DNA from: Candidatus Bathyarchaeota archaeon | GTDB taxonomy: Archaea; Thermoproteota; Bathyarchaeia; Bathyarchaeales; Bathycorpusculaceae | Direction of reading: 5' to 3' | NCBI GenBank assembly: GCA_963702095.1 | Contig: OY969706.1 | Span: forward strand, 352,001 to 416,000 | DNA: 64,000 bases | Shown here: in pieces, positions 58,888-64,000 of the stretch | Position numbering within the stretch: the stretch's first letter is position 1 | How the letters are laid out: every line of letters begins with the position of its first letter | Translations under genes and position numbers: made by a program | Notes under the pieces: model-generated | Seen by the model: only the letters and a program-made list of their open reading frames with translations | Told to the model about the DNA's origin: nothing | Database searches by the model: none

Positions 58888-59946
58888 TTGCAGAGGCAAA
58901 AAGCAGAAACCCGCACTTCAATCATCAGCAAGTACTTGGGTTGGTTAGCAATACGGGTTGCAGCTATCGTCGTTATGTTTGTTGCGCTGGAGTCCGTTTA
59001 TCGATTCGGCATTTTTGACTTCGCAGGTGCTAGCGCTATCGATATTTATAACGCAATCCAAAAGGTCATATTCTCCGTAATTGTCTGGTTCTTCCTAGCG
59101 GCCTCCAAAAAAATCCTCATCCCTGCAATCGTGATCACTGTTTCACCTGCCCTCGGCAAGATAGTGCGCGACCACAGTTCACGACAAAAAACCAACAAAT
59201 CCATGATCCAATACCTAACATACTTTGTCTACTTCACCGCAATAGTCGCCCTTATCCTAATCTGGGCTTACTCCTTCATTGGCGATTGGATATCCAGCGT
59301 GCTCGGCACTGGCTTGGTAATCAGTTTAACCTTTATCTTGGGTTTGTTCACCTCCAGCGTTTTAGGAAATGTGCTTGCCTACGCTATTCTTGGAGGAACT
59401 AACGAGTTTAAAGTCGGCGACCGCGTGCAAGTCGGAGAAAGCTACGGTGACATCGACGAAATCGGTTTCTTCTTCACCCGCATAAAGACCATAAAAGATG
59501 AAATCATAAGCGTCCCCAACTTGATGATTATGAATAAAGAAATCCGCAACTTTAGTGCTCTAAAAGAAGTCCTCATTTATGTCTCTGTCACTTTGGGCTA
59601 TGATGTTGACAAAAACGACGCTCAAAGACTACTCATTGAAAGCGCCCAGAAAACCACAGGCATAATAACCGCTCCCGGCAGAACCCCCTTCGTTTTGCTC
59701 CGGGACCTTGGGAACTACTATATAACCTACGAAATCAACGCTTACACTAACCAGCCAAACCGGCTTATCTACATAAAAAGTGACCTCATAAACAACATAC
59801 TTGACGATTTCAAGCGGTCAGGCGTCGAAATAATGTCCCCGACACATATCGCCGTACGCGATTCAGAGCGCACCGTACCATCGCCCGTGCTTCAAATTGT
59901 AGGCGTCACCAAAACCAAACCCAACCCCTCCGCAGACGAACAGTAA
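58888..59946 (+). CDS. mscS: Small-conductance mechanosensitive channel
   Basis: FKVGDRV, G.I..IG...T.I, VPN, V.LGYD. Confidence 0.85.
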   Translation: MQRQKAETRTSIISKYLGWLAIRVAAIVVMFVALESVYRFGIFDFAGASAIDIYNAIQKVIFSVIVWFFLAASKKILIPAIVITVSPALGKIVRDHSSRQKTNKSMIQYLTYFVYFTAIVALILIWAYSFIGDWISSVLGTGLVISLTFILGLFTSSVLGNVLAYAILGGTNEFKVGDRVQVGESYGDIDEIGFFFTRIKTIKDEIISVPNLMIMNKEIRNFSALKEVLIYVSVTLGYDVDKNDAQRLLIESAQKTTGIITAPGRTPFVLLRDLGNYYITYEINAYTNQPNRLIYIKSDLINNILDDFKRSGVEIMSPTHIAVRDSERTVPSPVLQIVGVTKTKPNPSADEQ

Positions 59947-59948
59947 CT

Positions 59949-60197
59949 TCAAAGGACTTCATCTGACGGCTGCTTAATCCACACTTTAACTTTATCCTGC
60001 ACTTTAATCCGCCCCTCTGTCTGCATCAGCTTCACCTGTTCCTCGACGAATCTGTCGTCGCTTTTGTGGAACTCTCGGCATATGGCGTCTTCTAGTTTAG
60101 GGATGTTTATGTGTTCTAGGGAGCCAACAATGCCCCAGAAATGGCGCTGAATGTTATCCCTTTTTTCCTGTGCCTCTGAACCTGACTTTTTAGTCAT
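59949..60197 (-). CDS. Hypothetical small protein (possible winged-helix)
   Basis: 82-aa ORF with an SD-like GGA. Confidence 0.5.
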   Translation of the reverse strand: MTKKSGSEAQEKRDNIQRHFWGIVGSLEHINIPKLEDAICREFHKSDDRFVEEQVKLMQTEGRIKVQDKVKVWIKQPSDEVL

Positions 60198-60203
60198 TTC
60201 CTA

Positions 60204-60323
60204 TTACCTTGCGCAGTAGGGTAACTCGTTTTTTGCCTTATGGTAGTTTACGCATTCTTGGCAGTCGCCGTGGTGGGGGCAATCCTTTTTTGGGCAGGGA
60301 CAATTCGGAGCAGTAACTGGCAT
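60204..60323 (-). CDS. 39-aa Cys/His-rich peptide (DUF6485-like)
   Basis: MPVTAPNCPCPKKDCPHHGDCQECVNYHKAKNELPYCAR; below the ORF-track cutoff. Confidence 0.7.
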   Translation of the reverse strand: MPVTAPNCPCPKKDCPHHGDCQECVNYHKAKNELPYCAR

Positions 60324-60396
60324 ATGATCAGTGAAATCAGCAAACAATATAATAGTTCCTTTCTAGGAGAATAACAGAAGCAGACTTACCCGATGG

Positions 60397-61209
60397 TTGG
60401 GGGCAGACGCTTTGGCAGGCATCGTTAATTCACTCAAGAAACTTGTAGCTTCTCTGGTTTTCATCATAATCCTCGCTGGGGTAACTTTTGCTGTCTTCGA
60501 AGTTTTCGTAGCGGCCCCCACAAACCTTTCTTCAACTTTAGAAGTATTGTCTAGTTTAACGATAGTCTTCATCTTTGCTGCAGTCACATTCTACCTTTTG
60601 GGACGTACCAAAAAACTCTTAACACCCCATATTGGCGTCCAAGCCGCCACTGTTGCCCAAGCCTTATTGCTTGTATTGGCAGCTACCGTTACAGGATTCG
60701 TCGTCTTAGGCATATTCAGCGTTACTCCCGCGGCATTACTGACCAGCGCCGGTATAATCACCATAACCGTCGGCTTAATCATCTCCACTTTCGTCGGCGG
60801 CATACTCTCAGGCGCATTAGTTTTTACAACGCATAAGCTTAAGATAGATGACTCAGTAATGGTGAACAATGTGCCCGGCAAAGTCTCTGACATGACCGCC
60901 CTCGTTACTCGTATCCGAACCGATGTTGGGCAGATTACTATTCCTAACAGTGCCATAGCCTCGGGAGGAGTTATCATAACGGCAGTACTTCCACAGGAGC
61001 CGGGGCTGGCGTCAAGGCTGCCCTATGTGTTAGGTGACAGAGTATTAACCTCTTTCCGAAATGAAGAGGGCGTTGTCAAAGAGTTAACTCCCCTCAGCAC
61101 CACGGTGTTGCTGGATTCAGGCAAAGAGATAACCTTCCTAAACAATACTGTTCTCATGGGTTTGACAGCCATTGCAAAAATCGCGCAGGTTAAACCGCCG
61201 AACCAATAG
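60397..61209 (+). CDS. MscS-family protein with duplicated beta domain
   Basis: TM helices followed by two 'D.V....G.V......T.....G.....PN/NN' modules. Confidence 0.7.
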   Translation: MGADALAGIVNSLKKLVASLVFIIILAGVTFAVFEVFVAAPTNLSSTLEVLSSLTIVFIFAAVTFYLLGRTKKLLTPHIGVQAATVAQALLLVLAATVTGFVVLGIFSVTPAALLTSAGIITITVGLIISTFVGGILSGALVFTTHKLKIDDSVMVNNVPGKVSDMTALVTRIRTDVGQITIPNSAIASGGVIITAVLPQEPGLASRLPYVLGDRVLTSFRNEEGVVKELTPLSTTVLLDSGKEITFLNNTVLMGLTAIAKIAQVKPPNQ

Positions 61210-61252
61210 CAGTTGGTATCTCAGAGGAATTTTTCACTTATAGTCTTGTGTG

Positions 61253-62812
61253 TTAAGAAAGTTCTTCGTCTTTATCTTCTGTCTTTTCCTCTTCCTCGTC
61301 CTCATCTTCTTCTTGTCTGTCCTCTTTCTGCTCTTTTTCTTGTCGCGCAGCCATCTGCTCGATTTTAGCCACTACCGAACGATGATTGTTGTTCCTGAGG
61401 CGTTTCTCTCTGGTTCTTGAAAGCGCAACTAAGAAAACCATGATTTCAACACGGCCAAGCAGCATCAACAGCATGAACAGCCACTTCAGCTCTAAAGGCA
61501 AGGTTGGACCCACCACACCCGCGCTTAACCCGGTTGTGGCTATAGCTGAGGTGCAGTCGAAAATCGCGTTTATGGGTTTGTAGCCGTAGTAGCTGACGAT
61601 GAATGAAGAAACAAAGACTGCGATGGCTGTTAAGAAAATCATGGTGGCGGCTTGCACGACTTCTGAGTAAGTGTAGTTTTTGCTGAGAAGCCGGACTTTG
61701 CTGTTTTTGGTGTCTTTGCCTATGATTGTGAAACTGACGGTTTTAGGAATGCTTTTGATTAAAAGCAGGAAGCGGTAGATTTTGATGCCGCCTGCCGTGG
61801 AGAAACTTGCTCCGCCGATAAACATGAGCAGTACCAAGAATAGTTTGAGGGAATCGTTTAAGCTGGAGATGGCGGTGTAGCTGAATCCGCTGGTGGACAT
61901 GGCGCTTATCACTTGGAAGCCCGCGTCGTATGAGGGGTACTTAAAGAAGAAAATCAAAAGCCCCGTTGATACAGCGGCAAGTATCAGAAACACAGTGGTT
62001 TCTGAGTTAAGGAATTCTTTGAATTTGCGCTTATACAATGTAGCTAAAACCAAAAAGTTGGATGCGCCGAAAATCATGCAGAATGGAACAATGAAGTTGA
62101 GGGGTGGCTGGGTGATGAGCGGCGTTAAATCGTTAACGGGCGAGAAACCGCCGGTGCTCATTGCAGAGAGGACTATGGCGCCTAAATCGATTAAGTTATG
62201 GAAGCCAAAGCCGTAGCCTATAACCACCATGACTGCGGTGACTATGCAGTAAATACCGATGATAAAGAGGAAAGTGGTTTTGATTTTATGGTTGTTTTTG
62301 GTGAGTCCCATGCTTTTGGCGAATTCACGCAGTTTAGCTTCGGGGTAGAAGAACGCCAGCAACACCACCACTACACCCATGCCGCCGATGAACTGTGTCA
62401 GCGACCTATACAGTATGATTGATTGGGGCAGGGCGGTTAAATCTGGTATGACGGAGAAGCCTGTGGTTGTGAATCCTGATACTGATTCGAAAATGCTGTC
62501 GGTGATGTGCTGGTAAATGTTGCCGCTGGATATGCCGATGTAGAGGTATGGGATTGAGCCTATGACGCTTAAGAGTATGAAAACCAGCACGATTAAGGCG
62601 CAGGACTGTTTAAACGTCATTACTTTTCTTTCGCAGAGCGAGTTAGTTAGAAAGCCCAGGACAAGAAAGGCGGTGGCAGTTATGAATAGGGCTAAGGTTG
62701 CGTCTGTTTCTCCTAAAATGAAGGATGCCACTATAGGAAGTAAGATGAAGACGCCTGAGATTTGGAGAACAAACCCCATGTTAGCAAGCAGAACAGCTAT
62801 AGAGGACTTCAT
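61253..62812 (-). CDS. trkH: Trk-type potassium uptake membrane protein
   Basis: Four pore loops (TTTGFS, STGGFS, STSGFS, ATTGLS), GGIK and GRVE. Confidence 0.9.
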   Translation of the reverse strand: MKSSIAVLLANMGFVLQISGVFILLPIVASFILGETDATLALFITATAFLVLGFLTNSLCERKVMTFKQSCALIVLVFILLSVIGSIPYLYIGISSGNIYQHITDSIFESVSGFTTTGFSVIPDLTALPQSIILYRSLTQFIGGMGVVVVLLAFFYPEAKLREFAKSMGLTKNNHKIKTTFLFIIGIYCIVTAVMVVIGYGFGFHNLIDLGAIVLSAMSTGGFSPVNDLTPLITQPPLNFIVPFCMIFGASNFLVLATLYKRKFKEFLNSETTVFLILAAVSTGLLIFFFKYPSYDAGFQVISAMSTSGFSYTAISSLNDSLKLFLVLLMFIGGASFSTAGGIKIYRFLLLIKSIPKTVSFTIIGKDTKNSKVRLLSKNYTYSEVVQAATMIFLTAIAVFVSSFIVSYYGYKPINAIFDCTSAIATTGLSAGVVGPTLPLELKWLFMLLMLLGRVEIMVFLVALSRTREKRLRNNNHRSVVAKIEQMAARQEKEQKEDRQEEDEDEEEEKTEDKDEELS

Positions 62813-62920
62813 TTAGCTTATCATAATTTTCAATAGGCTTTTAATTTCTTTCCTATCTTCGGGTTGATCTTTGTCCAATTATGGTAGTGTAAACTAGTAA
62901 TTAGTTCAGGATTGGAAATA

Positions 62921-63322
62921 TCATTTTGCCACTTGTAAATTAGCCGTTGACATATGTAGGCTATATCCGATGCAGGAATCGGTAACACGCTGAATGTCGT
63001 GCTGAGGCTGGCTATGTTTTTGCTTGTCTTCGCATTTTTTCTCCGGCTCAAACCTGTAGACCAAATAAATGCCCAACGCATAGATGCCAATCGAAAAAAT
63101 CCCTATCGCAAATATGCCTGCAGCAAAAAATCCCACGGCAAAGGTGCCAGCCGCAAAAATTCCCACCGAAAACTGCCCAGCCGCGAGGTATCCGAGGGCG
63201 AAGTTGGATCCACTTAAAAGGGGAAACCAATCTATCGAGGTAAACCCTGCCAAGTAGAGCCCTAAAGCGATAAGCAGAAGTACAACTGGCACTACAGCAG
63301 ACACCACAGAATACTTTGCCAA
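62921..63322 (-). CDS. Membrane protein with G-x-F-[AS]-x glycine repeats
   Basis: GQFSVGIFAAGTFAVGFFAAGIFAIGIFSIG. Confidence 0.55.
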   Translation of the reverse strand: MAKYSVVSAVVPVVLLLIALGLYLAGFTSIDWFPLLSGSNFALGYLAAGQFSVGIFAAGTFAVGFFAAGIFAIGIFSIGIYALGIYLVYRFEPEKKCEDKQKHSQPQHDIQRVTDSCIGYSLHMSTANLQVAK

Positions 63323-63407
63323 AACAAACCTCTCTACTGAAAGGGAATCAGCGTTTGCCTTTTAATGTATGTGACTCAAGCAAGACAGCAACAAAAAGAA
63401 AAAAGGG

Positions 63408-64000
63408 TTAGGCGAACAGCGACAGCAGTCGGAACGCCAATCCTCCCACAAGGAGGGCGACGCCTATGTTTGCGGCGGTTATGACTGCGGTTGCTTTCCA
63501 CCCGAACTCTTTGCCTAAAATAGTCATTGTGGATACGCAGGGTATGTAGAGCATTGCAACCAATGCCATCACAACCAACTGTATAGGGGTGAAGCCGACC
63601 AGCAGGTCTGTGGTGCCGAGGATGACTACTGCGCCAAGGATTATGAGTTCCTTTCGGATGGTGCCCAAGATGAGCAGCACCCCCGCGAAGAGGGGTAACC
63701 CAAGCCACCACACCGTCAACGGAGCCAAAGCGTTGCCGATTGGGGTTAGTATGTTGTAGGCAAATAGGACTTGAATGATTGCGCTGCCTATGGTGTAGAT
63801 TGGGAACACTATGTAGATGAGTGATTTGGTTCTTGCCCAAGTCTGCTTTAGCACCACCTTCATCGAGGGCCACTTAAAGCTACTCATCTCCATGATTAAA
63901 CCGGTGGATTTGCCGGGAACCGCTTTCATGGCGACCCTGCCCAATACAAAGATCAGTATGATATCGACTACGTAGAGGAGAAGTGCCCACTGGACGCCAA
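63408..64000 (-). CDS. feoB: Ferrous iron transporter B, C-terminal part, truncated by window edge
   Basis: LIME...F..P, G..RKE, LYIPC..T....KE.G.K. Confidence 0.85.
   Translation of the reverse strand, partial: GVQWALLLYVVDIILIFVLGRVAMKAVPGKSTGLIMEMSSFKWPSMKVVLKQTWARTKSLIYIVFPIYTIGSAIIQVLFAYNILTPIGNALAPLTVWWLGLPLFAGVLLILGTIRKELIILGAVVILGTTDLLVGFTPIQLVVMALVAMLYIPCVSTMTILGKEFGWKATAVITAANIGVALLVGGLAFRLLSLFA

Noticed and set aside
1-64000. CRISPR arrays, rRNA genes, intact transposases or integrases, and the many short antisense ORFs in the track
   Set aside because: No regularly spaced direct repeats, rRNA or intact recombinase seen; the short overlapping ORFs are shadows of well-supported genes.

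Overview
Archaeal chromosomal window (rpS8e, SRP19, proteasome beta, aCPSF1, archaeal GluRS, BHB-intron tRNA). Gene content and the many Pro/Thr-linker, C-terminally membrane-anchored surface proteins suggest a Bathyarchaeia-like TACK lineage (inference only). The core genes include a clustered archaeal mevalonate/isoprenoid pathway (UbiD-type AMPD, two AcnX/PMDh subunits, IPK, type-2 IDI, GGPPS), ABCE1, DinB, queT-queC, psmB-aCPSF1, sepF, a serC-like/serA/DUF1015 operon, a surface-glycosylation locus, TrxB, a B12 radical SAM, MscS x2, TrkH and FeoB. Two tRNAs (Ser-GGA with a 27-nt intron, Pro-TGG) each carry a small decayed integrated element bounded by a duplicated tRNA 3' end. One element holds a vapBC pair with a frameshifted toxin; the other holds a split SSV1-type integrase remnant. 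The most interesting signals are non-coding: a candidate deazaguanine (preQ0/preQ1) riboswitch-like pseudoknot in the queT-queC leader, two rod-shaped ncRNA candidates with their own TATA boxes (one next to a Vsr/DUF559 nuclease), a C/D-box-like sRNA, and two families of dispersed intergenic repeats. There are also unannotated micro-ORFs, including a 22-aa Glu/Trp peptide. All calls are by eye; no database search or folding program was run. No CRISPR array or rRNA was seen.
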